63,574 bases of DNA, filler included, from Acidimicrobiia bacterium (GCA_041619515.1; 6 parts of 6 records of this genome joined end to end with filler, not necessarily neighbours in it), one strand, 5' to 3'. Positions 19,356 to 29,130 are shown, counted from the whole stretch's first letter. Translations and numbers: made by a program. The notes: generated by a model from the letters alone, not told the origin.

Positions 19356-20090
19356 CTATTCGGTTTCCTCGGCGTCTTGTTCGTAGGCCTCGGCTGCGCT
19401 GCCGGCCGGGTGGAACACACCCAGCACGCGCAGCGGCCGATCACCGGTGTTCTCCAGGCAGTGCTGGACCGGGGGTGGAAGGTGAATGCATGAGCCGGTG
19501 CGTATCGGCACGTCCGGCTGGCCCTCGAGGTGCAGCACTCCGGTGCCGTCGAGCACGTAGATGACCTCGTCGTAGAGATGGTGATGGGTGGGCGCCCGTC
19601 CCGGCGGGATCCAGCCGACGAACTGGGTGACATCCCGGCAGCCGGCGTCGGGGTTGATGACGAAGCGGAATTCCCGATCCTTGCCCGCCGGGATCGTCGG
19701 CTGGTCTGCCACGAGAACCGTGACCTTGCGTCCAGGCGGCGGCTCGTCTCCCGACGGTTCGGGTGCGGTCACCGATATCAGGACGAGATCTTCCGGTCGG
19801 GTGTTCTCGACTTCGTAGTGCTCTCCGGCCCTGATGTATACGCCCATGTCCGGGCTGAGCTCATGGGAGTCCCCATCCAGCCAGAGCCGGCCGGCGCCCG
19901 AAAGCACGTACGCCACCTCGTCACGGCCGACCGCCTGGCGGGACAGGGACCGGCCCGTGGCGTAGCGCGACACCCGCTGGACGAGATGCTCGGCGCCGAC
20001 TGAGGCGTCGATGGTGGTGCGGGTCGAGACGGTGTCGTCGGGATCGGCGACTGCAGCCACGTCTTCCTCGTGAACTATGTATCCGGGCAT
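19356..20090 (-). CDS. Bicupin-domain protein
   Basis: Two cupin repeats; the second has metal motif HHHLYDEVIY..G..H. GGGGAGG RBS. Confidence 0.8.
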   Translation of the reverse strand: MPGYIVHEEDVAAVADPDDTVSTRTTIDASVGAEHLVQRVSRYATGRSLSRQAVGRDEVAYVLSGAGRLWLDGDSHELSPDMGVYIRAGEHYEVENTRPEDLVLISVTAPEPSGDEPPPGRKVTVLVADQPTIPAGKDREFRFVINPDAGCRDVTQFVGWIPPGRAPTHHHLYDEVIYVLDGTGVLHLEGQPDVPIRTGSCIHLPPPVQHCLENTGDRPLRVLGVFHPAGSAAEAYEQDAEETE

Positions 20091-20185
20091 CCGCCTCCCC
20101 TGACTGGGCTGCTCGAGCGCGCAACAACGTGGTGCAATCCACGGGATTCTGGCATAGATGTCCGAAAAGCGCTCGTGGCCGCTTG

Positions 20186-21160
20186 CTAGAGCGACCCAGA
20201 CAGGATGGCGGACAGCTTGGCGGCGTCGATATTGCCACCCGAAACGATGCACACCACTTTCCGCGCACCGCCAACGCCGGGCAGGGCGGCCGCCACCCCG
20301 GCGGCTCCCCCGCCTTCGGCTACGACCCGGTTTCGCACTGCCAACAGGCGCACCGCCTCGGCCACATCGTCGAGAGAAGCGACCAGCGAACCGGCCAGCA
20401 GCCGTCTCACGAGCGGCCACATCTCGTCCAGCACCCGGGTGGATCCGATGCCGTCAACGAAGCTCGGCGTGTACTCCACCTCGACCGGCTCACCGGCGGC
20501 AAATGCTGCCGCCAGCGGCGCCGCGGTTGCCACCTCGGCGCCGTATACCCGCGCCTCCGGCCTCACCGACTGCAGCGCGGAGGCGATGCCGCAGCTGAGC
20601 CCGCCTCCGCCGTAGGGAACCACCACGGCGTCGAGATCGGGGAGATCCTCGATCAGCTCGAGGCCGATGGTCCCGTTGCCGGCCATCACCGCCCGGTCGC
20701 TGACCGGGTGCACGAAGACGCCGCTTCGGCCATCGGACTGGTGGGTGACGATGATCTGCCACCACTCGTCGAAGGGGACCTTCGAGATTCGGGCCTCGAG
20801 CCTCTCCAGAGCTTCGAGTTTGGCCGCGGGGGCATGGTCCGGCACCACCACCGAGCAGGGAATGCCGAGCCGGCGGGCGTTCCAGGCGACCCCCTGGGCC
20901 ATGTTGCCGGCGCTCGCCGTCCACACCCCGTCCGCGAGCGCCGCCGCATCGGCGACTGCCATGGCGTTGCCGGCACCGCGGATCTTGAAGGCGCCGATGG
21001 GCTGCAGGTTCTCCAGCTTCAGGTATACCTCGGCGGGCGCGGTGTCGACGTTGAGGCGGACGAGAGGAGTCCGAACGGCGATTCCGACCAGGCGCGCGCG
21101 CGCCGCTTCGATCTCGGACAGCGGGATGGGCTCGATCGGCGCCGGCTTCGCGTCAACCAT
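20186..21160 (-). CDS. PLP-dependent serine/threonine dehydratase family protein
   Basis: KLENLQPIGAFKIRG, SAGN, GGGGL and SGGN motifs. Confidence 0.88.
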   Translation of the reverse strand: MVDAKPAPIEPIPLSEIEAARARLVGIAVRTPLVRLNVDTAPAEVYLKLENLQPIGAFKIRGAGNAMAVADAAALADGVWTASAGNMAQGVAWNARRLGIPCSVVVPDHAPAAKLEALERLEARISKVPFDEWWQIIVTHQSDGRSGVFVHPVSDRAVMAGNGTIGLELIEDLPDLDAVVVPYGGGGLSCGIASALQSVRPEARVYGAEVATAAPLAAAFAAGEPVEVEYTPSFVDGIGSTRVLDEMWPLVRRLLAGSLVASLDDVAEAVRLLAVRNRVVAEGGGAAGVAAALPGVGGARKVVCIVSGGNIDAAKLSAILSGSL

Positions 21161-22151
21161 GCCTGCGGCCTCCCAACTCCAGACCGGTGCCGAGCCCTGC
21201 TGCGAGCGCATTGCGGTAGACGAGGTCGCCGGCGGCGATGTCCTCGACCGCCAGTCCGAGCGATTTGAACAGGGTTATCTCTCGCTCATCCCTGCGCCCC
21301 TCGGCGGACCCAATCAAGACCTCCCCCAGCTCGGCACGAATGTGGCCGGCGTCGACCACCCCCTCGTGCTCGGCGAGCAGGAAATCCCCCGCTTCGGCGA
21401 GCGCCGACTCGCGTCGATCCACGAACAGGCGGCTCCGGGCCACCGCCTCGCCGTCGAGCTCCCGAGCGGAGGGCACACTGGCCCCGACCGCGTTGATATG
21501 CATACCGGGCTCCAGCAGTGCCCCCGGCAAGACCGGGTCGGGCGAGGACGTCGTGGTACACACGAGATCGGCCCCCTCCACTGCTTGGGCCACCGTGGCC
21601 ACAGCCAGGACCCGCCGATCGTCGGATGCCGCGGCATGCGCGAGCCTTTCGGCGTTTCCGGGATTGCGGCTCCAGACTCGCACCTCCCGGATCGGCCGCA
21701 CCTCGGCCATCGCCTCGATATGCGTGGCTGCCTGCACCCCGCTGCCGATCATGGCGAGAACCGACTCCCCCGGCCGGGCGAGAACATCCGTTGCCACCGC
21801 CGAGGCCGCCGCCGTGCGAATCGCCGTGATCTCGGTCGCATCGATGACCGCCTTCAGGCGGCCGTTGGTGCCCTCGAACAACATCACCGAGCCCTGGTGC
21901 GAGTCGTACTCGGTGCCTGCGTTTCCCGGATACACGGTGATGGTCTTGATCCCCACCGTGTCGATGGATCGGAGATAGCCGGGCATCATCCCCAGGGCAC
22001 CGAGCTGGTCCGGCAGCCACATGATCGGCCGCAGCGGCTGGATGCCCTCACCCCGCGCCAGGCCGGCCAGAGCTTCGCGCACCGCCCTGATGCAGGCGGC
22101 CATCGGCAGCAGCTCCCGGACCTCCTGCTGGTTGATGACGAGCGTCTCCAT
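21153..22151 (-). CDS. Ornithine cyclodeaminase/mu-crystallin family protein
   Basis: ITAIRTAAAS, GSGVQA, HINAVGA and FKSLGLAVED motifs. Confidence 0.9.
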   Translation of the reverse strand: METLVINQQEVRELLPMAACIRAVREALAGLARGEGIQPLRPIMWLPDQLGALGMMPGYLRSIDTVGIKTITVYPGNAGTEYDSHQGSVMLFEGTNGRLKAVIDATEITAIRTAAASAVATDVLARPGESVLAMIGSGVQAATHIEAMAEVRPIREVRVWSRNPGNAERLAHAAASDDRRVLAVATVAQAVEGADLVCTTTSSPDPVLPGALLEPGMHINAVGASVPSARELDGEAVARSRLFVDRRESALAEAGDFLLAEHEGVVDAGHIRAELGEVLIGSAEGRRDEREITLFKSLGLAVEDIAAGDLVYRNALAAGLGTGLELGGRRHG

Positions 22152-22624
22152 CACTGCGGCTCCGCGCCGGTGAACAGCCGGCCGATCTCTCGCCATTGGG
22201 GGGGTGTCAACGCCAGCCGGCCTGCCTCCCGTATGGGGATGAAGTGCTCGGTGCGGCGGGGACCGACGATCGAAGCAGTGACGTCCGGGTGCCGGAGGAG
22301 CCAGGCGAGCGCGAGCCCGGCGGTGCTCACGCCGAGGTCGGCGGCGGTCTCGGTCAATCGGTCGATGGCGGCGAAGGTGGCCTCGTTCCAGAATCGGAGA
22401 TAGGGCTCGGGCCGCAGGGTCATACGCGACCCGGCCGGGTACTCCTCGTCGTACCGATACTTGCCGGTCAGCCAGCCGCCGCCGAGCGGACTGAAGGGAG
22501 TGAAACCCAGGCGCTGATCACGGCACAGTGCCAGCATCTCGGCCTGGTCACCCTGATCGATGAGGTTGAAGGAGTTCTGCACCCATTCGAAGCGATGGAG
22601 ACCTGCCGCGTCGCTCACCCACAG
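22151..22624 (-). CDS. Aldo/keto reductase, C-terminal part
   Basis: QNSFNL, FSPLGGGWLTGKY and ALAWLL..SIVGP motifs. Confidence 0.85.
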   Translation of the reverse strand: MWVSDAAGLHRFEWVQNSFNLIDQGDQAEMLALCRDQRLGFTPFSPLGGGWLTGKYRYDEEYPAGSRMTLRPEPYLRFWNEATFAAIDRLTETAADLGVSTAGLALAWLLRHPDVTASIVGPRRTEHFIPIREAGRLALTPPQWREIGRLFTGAEPQ

Positions 22625-22724
22625 NNNNNNNNNNNNNNNNNNNNNNNNNNNNNNNNNNNNNNNNNNNNTTAATTAATTAANNNNNNNNNNNNNNNNNNNN
22701 NNNNNNNNNNNNNNNNNNNNNNNN
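22625..22724. other. Artificial contig linker
   Basis: N44-TTAATTAATTAA-N44. Confidence 0.98.
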
Positions 22725-23621
22725 ATGCAGCTGCCGTTGTTTCGCCGCTTCGACGTCGATCCGGTCGAGTTCTGGCGCGAGGTCGACGGGCTTCCCGACT
22801 TCTACCGGGCCCGCGGGGCCGGCCTGATCGGCCCGGACACGCTCTATCTGCACCACATCTTGACCTATGTGCGGTCCGGGCGGTTCGAAGGGCTCAACAA
22901 CCGCATGCTGCGGGAGCTGGGAGCCGAAATCCAGTTCTACGCCGGTCTCCCCGATTTCTTCGACCAGATCCGCAAGCGCCTCGAGGCCTCATCGGACTTC
23001 GCCGAGCACGGGGTCGAGGTCGAGCACTACATCGTGTCGAGCGGGCTGCGGCAGATGATCCTCGGCAGTGCCATCGCTCCCTACGTCGAGCAGATCTGGG
23101 CCTGTGAGTTCGCCGAAGAGAGTGCCCAGCCGGGGTACCTGGAAGATCGCACGCAGAAACCCCTTTTCGACGAGACTCGCACCCTGTCGCACGTCATCTA
23201 CAGCCTCGACAACACCACCAAGACCAGGGCGGTGTTCGAAATCAACAAGGGAACGAACAAGAACCCCAACGTCGACGTGAACGCCAAGGTGGCGCACGAA
23301 GACCGGCGGGTCCCCTTCCAGAACATGATCTACGTCGCCGACGGTCCCAGCGATGTGCCCGTCTTCTCGGTGGTCAAGGCCAACGGCGGCAAGACGCTGG
23401 CGGTGTACAAGCCGGAGTCGGAGGCCGAGTTCGAACAAGTGAACCGGCTGCAAGAACAGGGCCGGGTCGATTCCTTCGGCGAGGCCAACTACGAGAAGGG
23501 CTCCCAGACGTTCATGTGGATCACCCATGCGGTCGACAGCATCGCCCGGCGCATCGTCAACGACCGCCAGACTGCGCTTCATTCCCGCCTCGGTAAGCCA
23601 CCCGGCCACATCGACGGGTGA
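22725..23621 (+). CDS. HAD-superfamily hydrolase, 5'-truncated
   Basis: HYIVSSG, KTRAVFEINKG and YVADGPSDVP motifs; motif I (DxD) is lost at the contig start. Confidence 0.78.
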   Translation: MQLPLFRRFDVDPVEFWREVDGLPDFYRARGAGLIGPDTLYLHHILTYVRSGRFEGLNNRMLRELGAEIQFYAGLPDFFDQIRKRLEASSDFAEHGVEVEHYIVSSGLRQMILGSAIAPYVEQIWACEFAEESAQPGYLEDRTQKPLFDETRTLSHVIYSLDNTTKTRAVFEINKGTNKNPNVDVNAKVAHEDRRVPFQNMIYVADGPSDVPVFSVVKANGGKTLAVYKPESEAEFEQVNRLQEQGRVDSFGEANYEKGSQTFMWITHAVDSIARRIVNDRQTALHSRLGKPPGHIDG

Positions 23622-23658
23622 GCCCGAACACCACAGGCTGTTCGGGTAGCGTTCGGGT

Positions 23659-24021
23659 ATGGCGGTCAACGCTCGTCTGCAGGGTGATCACATCGTCGTC
23701 GAGCTGACGGGGCTCGACCGGGTGCTGTGCCTCAAGGGACGGGTGCGCGTTCCGCTGGAGGCCGTCACCTCCGTCGAGGCCATCGACCGCGAGTCGATCG
23801 AACGGCTTCCCGGCCGCTGGTTGCGTCTCCCCGGCACCTATGTGCCCAGTCTCGTCCATCATGGGTCCTACGGGTGGGGGGCGAATCGGGATTTCTGGGC
23901 CGTGTACCGGCAGGAGCGGGTTCTGGTCGTCAGGCTGAAGAACTGGGCCTACCGCAGGCTGGTGCTCGGTGTCCCCGACCCTGATCGGGTGGCGTCGGAG
24001 TTGGCGCAGTTCGTTCGGTAG
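23659..24021 (+). CDS. Conserved hypothetical protein (possible PH-like fold)
   Basis: Coherent 120-aa ORF abutting the next gene; RLPGT..P..G..DFW pattern. Confidence 0.65.
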   Translation: MAVNARLQGDHIVVELTGLDRVLCLKGRVRVPLEAVTSVEAIDRESIERLPGRWLRLPGTYVPSLVHHGSYGWGANRDFWAVYRQERVLVVRLKNWAYRRLVLGVPDPDRVASELAQFVR

Positions 24022-25311
24022 GTGACCGCCACTTCCTACCCCCGGCCGATAGTCATCGTGGGCCTGATGGGGTCCGGCAAGACGACGATCGGCCGCGCCC
24101 TCGCTCACCGGATCGGATACCGATTCGTCGACAACGACGCCGGCATCGAAGCCGAATACGATGCGACGGTCGGTGAGCTTGCCGAGCGCCTCGGCGTCGC
24201 CGAGCTGCACCGCATCGAGGCTGCCCAGTTGGACAACGCCCTCACCGCCTACGGATCCGAAGAGGTTGTGATCGCGGCCGCCGCCAGTGTCGCCGATGAT
24301 GCTGCCAGCCGGGCGCGGTTGTCGACGCACACCGTTGTCTGGCTTCGAGCCGACCCGGCCTATCTGGCAGGGCGGCTGCTCCAACCCGACCACCGTCCCA
24401 ATCTCGGCCTGGATCGCGGGCCGGTGCTGGCGGCCCAGGCCGACCTCCGGCACGGTGACTACCAGGCGATCTCCACCCTGGTGGTGGAGGTGGAGGGACG
24501 CTCGGTGCACGACATCGTCGAGGAGATCTGCCGGGGCCTCGCTCCGCTTCCCCGTCTCTACACCGACCTGGCCGGCTGGTTCCACCTCCTGACCCCCCCG
24601 TCCGAGTACGCCGAAGAGGCAGCCTTCTACTTCGGGGCCCTCCAGGAGGCGGCGACCCGTCCCATCGAGACCGTCCTCGAGCTCGGGAGTGGTGGCGGCA
24701 ACAACGCCTCCCACATGAAGCATCGGGCGGCCCTGACGCTCGTCGATCTCTCACCCCAGATGCTGGAGGTGAGCAGATCGATCAATCCTGAATGTGAGCA
24801 CCTGGTTGGGGACATGCGCACCGTTCGTCTCGATCGCCGTTTCGACGCCGTGTTCGTCCACGATGCAGTCGACTATCTGCTGACCGTCCACGACCTGGCG
24901 AGCGCCATCGAAACTGCCGTCGTGCATTGCCGGCCGGGCGGTGCGGTGCTGTTCGCCCCCGATGATGTGGCCGAGACCTTCCGGCCCACGACAATCACCG
25001 GCGGTCACCGTGACGAGACGAGAGCGCTCCGCTACGAGGAGCGCAGCTGGGAACCCGAGCCGGGGGAAACCAGCTATCTCACACGAATGACCTACTGGCT
25101 GGAAGAAGCGGGCGAGGCAGTGCGCGTGGTGGAGGACATGCACCGGTGCGGCCTGTTCCCCCGCGCCACCTGGCTCGCCCTGTTGGCCGACGCCGGCCTG
25201 GCCGCCGCCATCATTCCCTCCGAGCACAGCGAGCAGGACCATGTGATCGACGTGTTCGTGGGGACACCGGAGGCCGAAGCTAGGGTCGACCGAGCCCAGG
25301 AGGTGCCATGA
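24022..25311 (+). CDS. Shikimate-kinase-like P-loop kinase fused to a class I SAM methyltransferase
   Basis: N-terminal GLMGSGKTT..FVDND; C-terminal VLELGSGGG, DLSPQML, GDMR and FDAV in one reading frame. Confidence 0.8.
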   Translation: MTATSYPRPIVIVGLMGSGKTTIGRALAHRIGYRFVDNDAGIEAEYDATVGELAERLGVAELHRIEAAQLDNALTAYGSEEVVIAAAASVADDAASRARLSTHTVVWLRADPAYLAGRLLQPDHRPNLGLDRGPVLAAQADLRHGDYQAISTLVVEVEGRSVHDIVEEICRGLAPLPRLYTDLAGWFHLLTPPSEYAEEAAFYFGALQEAATRPIETVLELGSGGGNNASHMKHRAALTLVDLSPQMLEVSRSINPECEHLVGDMRTVRLDRRFDAVFVHDAVDYLLTVHDLASAIETAVVHCRPGGAVLFAPDDVAETFRPTTITGGHRDETRALRYEERSWEPEPGETSYLTRMTYWLEEAGEAVRVVEDMHRCGLFPRATWLALLADAGLAAAIIPSEHSEQDHVIDVFVGTPEAEARVDRAQEVP

Positions 25312-25976
25312 GCGACCCAAGCTTCATTCCGTATCGCCCGCCCCGCATCCCGGTCGAGGAGGTAGTGGAGCGAGCGGAACGGTTCCATGAGCTGATGGAG
25401 GGGCGTCGCAGCGTCCGCATGTTCAGCCCGGAGCCGGTTCCCCGGGAAGCCATCGAGCGGGCGATTGCGACGGCATCCACCGCGCCGTCCGGGGCGCACC
25501 GCCAGCCCTGGACGTTCGTGCTCATCGGTGATCCCGACATCAAGCGACAGATCCGCCGGGCCGCCGAAGCAGAGGAGCACACCAACTACGAGGGAGGACG
25601 GCTCCCCGATGACTGGCTGGAAGCCCTGCGACCCCTCGGAACCGATTGGCACAAGGAGTTTCTCGAGACGGTGCCCTGGATCGTGGTGCTGTTCGAGCAA
25701 CGCTACGGGGTGGACGCCGACGGTGAGCGGTTGAAGCACTTCTACGTCAAGGAGAGCGTCGGCATCGCCTGTGGCCTGTTCATCGCCGCCATCCATCAGA
25801 TGGGGCTCGCCACCCTCACCCACACGCCGAGCCCGATGGCGTTTCTGAGCAGGCTGCTACAGCGTCCAGAGAACGAGCGGCCGTTTGCGATGCTGCCGAT
25901 CGGCTATCCGGCACCTGACTGCACCGTTCCCGACATCGTCCGCAAGTCCCTCGCCGACGTGGTCGTCAGGTTCTGA
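25308..25976 (+). CDS. Nitroreductase family, iodotyrosine deiodinase-like
   Basis: RRSVRMF, APSGAHRQPW, EE..NY..W..L..L.T.W.K.FL, YVKESVGIA and THTP motifs. Confidence 0.85.
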   Translation: MSDPSFIPYRPPRIPVEEVVERAERFHELMEGRRSVRMFSPEPVPREAIERAIATASTAPSGAHRQPWTFVLIGDPDIKRQIRRAAEAEEHTNYEGGRLPDDWLEALRPLGTDWHKEFLETVPWIVVLFEQRYGVDADGERLKHFYVKESVGIACGLFIAAIHQMGLATLTHTPSPMAFLSRLLQRPENERPFAMLPIGYPAPDCTVPDIVRKSLADVVVRF

Positions 25977-25985
25977 CCTTTCGGC

Positions 25986-26507
25986 TCACAGGGCGTCCAC
26001 CGGCTCGAAGACGAGATCGATGGCAACCGACACCACCGGGTCCATCTTGAGCACCAGCAGCGTCGGGGGTTCGAGGCCCCACCATTGAACGTCCATCTGT
26101 CCGCTTCCCGCCAGGTGAAGCCCGTCGGCGGTATCGTCGATCAGGCTGATGTCGCCTTCCAATTCGACGACCTTCCCCAGAAAGGTGACTTCGCCCTTGA
26201 TGGTGGCCCGCGGCCCTGCGTAGGCCACCACCCCGGTCAGGTCTCCCCGAATCGTTGGATGCAGCCTGGCGTTGAGGCGCCGCCGCGTCTCTCGATCCAC
26301 CAGCGGATTGCCGGAACGGAACTCGATCACGGCGATCTCGACTTCGCCCCGCACGGGGCGGCCCGGAACGAACTCCCCGTTCTCAACCGCCGCTTCCAGC
26401 CACCCGGCGGGTGTGACGTTGACCGTGATCGGGTACAGCGAGGTCTCGCCGACAATGGTGACGGTCGATGGCTCGGGGGAGATGCGGTACCGGGCGATGT
26501 CGGACAT
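25986..26507 (-). CDS. YceI-like lipid/polyisoprenoid-binding protein
   Basis: FRSGNPLVDRE..L...HPTI and WGLEPPTLLVL..V.V; leaderless TAGCGT box. Confidence 0.7.
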   Translation of the reverse strand: MSDIARYRISPEPSTVTIVGETSLYPITVNVTPAGWLEAAVENGEFVPGRPVRGEVEIAVIEFRSGNPLVDRETRRRLNARLHPTIRGDLTGVVAYAGPRATIKGEVTFLGKVVELEGDISLIDDTADGLHLAGSGQMDVQWWGLEPPTLLVLKMDPVVSVAIDLVFEPVDAL

Positions 26508-26595
26508 CTCCCGACGCTAACGCGTCGGCATGCAGTCCATATCTTTGCGAGCCCGGCGGCGGCCGGTGCCGGCGCGGTTCACGCGCCTTCGGAGC

Positions 26596-26997
26596 TCACG
26601 TCGCCTGGCTGATCTCGAACAGATGGCCATCGGGATCACGAAAGAAGCAGCGGATCTCCTCTCCCCAGTCATACGGCGGGGTCAGGAACTCCGCTCCCCG
26701 GTCCCGCAGCGTGCCATAGGCGGCCCGGCAGTCGTCTACCCGGATCGTGAAGGCATGGTCGACGGAGGTGGTCGATCCGAGCGCCTGCAATGAAATGCCC
26801 GGCTTGTCGGGCGTCGGCTCCCCTCCGGTGACGAGCAGCAGCCAGGTGCCGGTGAAGCTGAACACGGCCGAGGTGCCGCCGTACTCTCGATACAGCTCGG
26901 CCCCGAGCACGTCGCGGTACCAGGCCACCGAGCGGTCGAGATCGCTGATCACCACGATGTGGGTGAGGGCCATGTCGGGGGTGGGAAACGCGGTCAC
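26596..26997 (-). CDS. VOC/glyoxalase family protein
   Basis: DLDRSVAWYRDVLG and WGEEIRCFFRDPDGHLFE motifs. Confidence 0.88.
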   Translation of the reverse strand: MTAFPTPDMALTHIVVISDLDRSVAWYRDVLGAELYREYGGTSAVFSFTGTWLLLVTGGEPTPDKPGISLQALGSTTSVDHAFTIRVDDCRAAYGTLRDRGAEFLTPPYDWGEEIRCFFRDPDGHLFEISQAT

Positions 26998-27770
26998 GAG
27001 ACGTAGGACCGTACCCGTTCGAGCTGATCGATGCCGAATCGAGCATCACTCGTGCGGCTGGGATCGTCCAACTGGGAGCGGAACGATGCCAGCGCCTCAC
27101 CGTAGAGATCGCCCCCGGACGGCTCACCGTCGGCGATGCGGGCCAGGCCGAGGTAGCCGGCACCGATGAGGACCGGGAACGGGGCCTGCGATGTGATCGC
27201 GTCGTGCTCTCCGGCTTGTCGGGCTGCGCGGCGAGCATGTTCCAGGGACCGTTCCATGCAATCGGAGGCGGCGGCGGTGTTTCCGAGCCGGAGCTGGTGG
27301 TACCCGAATGCCCACCACCCGAGGTGCTTGGACGAATCCGGCTTGGCGAGCTCCTCCCGCAGTCCCACCGACTGCTCGGCGATCTCCATCCCGCGCTGGA
27401 AGTGCCTTCGCTGGCGAGGCTCGTCGTCTCCCGGCCAGCAATCCGCGATGTCGGCGGCGAAGTTGAAGGTGAGCTCGGCAAGCACCGCGAGGTAATCGTT
27501 GCGCTCGTCGACCGGGACCTTTTCGGCCCGTTCGCTCAGCCAGGCGCAGCCGGCATCCACCACCTCCATGTAACCGTCGAGGTTCTTGCCCTCCCACTCA
27601 TCCAGGACGAGGCCGTGGCGGGCATTTCGGAAGAGCGCGGAGCGTTCGGCGTCCGACGGGTAGGCGAGGATGGCAGCCACCATGGCGCCCGGGCCGCCTG
27701 TTTCCAGTGCGCTGCGCAATGCAGGCCACTGTGACGAGAAGAAGTCCCGCTCGTTCCCGATCGAATCCAT
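26994..27770 (-). CDS. Hypothetical alpha-helical (TPR-like) protein
   Basis: 258-aa ORF with a leaderless TAGCCT box; GTGA overlap with the VOC gene. Confidence 0.65.
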   Translation of the reverse strand: MDSIGNERDFFSSQWPALRSALETGGPGAMVAAILAYPSDAERSALFRNARHGLVLDEWEGKNLDGYMEVVDAGCAWLSERAEKVPVDERNDYLAVLAELTFNFAADIADCWPGDDEPRQRRHFQRGMEIAEQSVGLREELAKPDSSKHLGWWAFGYHQLRLGNTAAASDCMERSLEHARRAARQAGEHDAITSQAPFPVLIGAGYLGLARIADGEPSGGDLYGEALASFRSQLDDPSRTSDARFGIDQLERVRSYVS

Positions 27771-27868
27771 GGCGGGAGGCTAGTTGTTGCTCCGTCCCGA
27801 TCGCGGTCCGGGTGACATCCCCCGCCGGGGTGCTCGTTCTTCGGTTCGCCGGCGGCCAGACTCTGAGC

Positions 27869-29005
27869 ATGGCCCCCGATCCGATTGTCGAAACCGAGCG
27901 CTGGTTCCTGCGGCGCGGTGTCCCCCACCTCATCGCCGATTACAACGCCGCAGAGGATGTGTTCACCCGGGTGCTTCCGCTCCTCAGCTTCATCTTCCTG
28001 TTCAGCATGGTCGGCGCCCTCAGCGACGAGTTCTCGACTGCCGAGAACGTGGGCGTCGCCGTCGGCGGCTTCATCCTGCTCATCGCCATATGGGCGGCGG
28101 TCAATTGGGCACGAGGCGTCCGGCCACTCCTCGCCCGGCCGCAGCGGGTCGGGCGGATCGAGCTGGCGGTGTTCGTGCTCGGGCCGGCGCTGGTGCCGAT
28201 CGTGTTCGGCGGACAGTTCGCCACGGCGGGCTTGACGATTCTCTCGAACCTCGCCATCTTGGTGGTCGTATACCTGGGCGCCAGCTACGGCGTGGTCGCC
28301 ATACTCGCCTGGGGGGTGCGGCGCCTGCTGCGTGACATCGGGGGAGCGGCTCGCATCGGCGCCCGCGCCCTCCCGCTGCTGCTGCTGTTCAACGCGTTCC
28401 TGTTCATCAACGCCGAGATGTGGCAAGTGACATCCCGCATCGACCTCACCTTGCTGCTGGCGGGACTGGGCCTGTTCGTGACCCTCGGTGGCGCGTTCCT
28501 GCTTTCGCGACTGCCGCGGGAGATTCAGGCGCTGGCGAGCTTCGGGTCGCCGGACGAGGTCGAGCGTCTGTGCCGTGGAACCCCCATGGCGGGTGCCGCC
28601 GGGTACGGTGACCTGCCGGACTACCCGCTGACGCGTCGCCAGCGCGGCAATGTCGGCCTGGTGCTCCTGTTCACGCAGGGAGTGCTGGTGCTGGCCGTCA
28701 GCGTGTTCATCGGCCTCTTCTTTGTGATCTTCGGTTTGTTGATCATGAACCCCGAGACGCTGGTCGAGTGGACGGGGGCGCCGCTAACCGATCTGTACGA
28801 AGTGTCCTTCAGGGAAGATCGGATCGTGCTCAGTGAGGAGCTGTTGCGGGCAGCCGGGTTTCTGGCAGCGTTCTCCGGGCTGTATTTCACGGTGAACGCC
28901 GCCACCGAGCCCACCTACCGCGCAGAGTTCTTCGACGAGCTGCTCGAGGAGGTGCGCCAATCGATGGCAGTGCGGGAGGCCTACCTCAAGACGCTGGAGG
29001 GCTGA
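27869..29005 (+). CDS. Conserved integral membrane protein
   Basis: About 8 TM segments; ERWFLRRGVPH and FLFINAEMWQ patterns. Confidence 0.75.
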   Translation: MAPDPIVETERWFLRRGVPHLIADYNAAEDVFTRVLPLLSFIFLFSMVGALSDEFSTAENVGVAVGGFILLIAIWAAVNWARGVRPLLARPQRVGRIELAVFVLGPALVPIVFGGQFATAGLTILSNLAILVVVYLGASYGVVAILAWGVRRLLRDIGGAARIGARALPLLLLFNAFLFINAEMWQVTSRIDLTLLLAGLGLFVTLGGAFLLSRLPREIQALASFGSPDEVERLCRGTPMAGAAGYGDLPDYPLTRRQRGNVGLVLLFTQGVLVLAVSVFIGLFFVIFGLLIMNPETLVEWTGAPLTDLYEVSFREDRIVLSEELLRAAGFLAAFSGLYFTVNAATEPTYRAEFFDELLEEVRQSMAVREAYLKTLEG

Positions 29006-29007
29006 CG

Positions 29008-29040
29008 TGAAAGGGTCCCGCCTTGCGACGGGACCCTCTC
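29008..29040 (-). terminator. Intrinsic terminator-like hairpin (possibly bidirectional)
   Basis: AGGGTCCCG (29012-29020) pairs with CGGGACCCT (29029-29037); short T run on the minus strand. Confidence 0.7.
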
Positions 29041-29125
29041 CAATTCGATCTCCGAGCTGAGGAGGAGTCCAAGGAAGGGAGTCACTCCACGAATGGAGTT
29101 ATGGACCGTCGATGATCGAATCACT
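29008..29125 (-). ncRNA. Candidate structured small RNA (~115 nt) with C/U-rich anti-SD-like segments
   Basis: Nested helices, a UUCG hairpin, a 3' terminator and an upstream sigma28-like promoter; no plausible ORF. Confidence 0.55.
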
Positions 29126-29130
29126 GATAG

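Noticed and set aside
20128..20143. CGTGG-N6-CCACG inverted repeat upstream of the cupin/liv genes as an operator
   Set aside because: 5-bp arms are too short to be significant in GC-rich DNA, and no regulator gene is on the contig.
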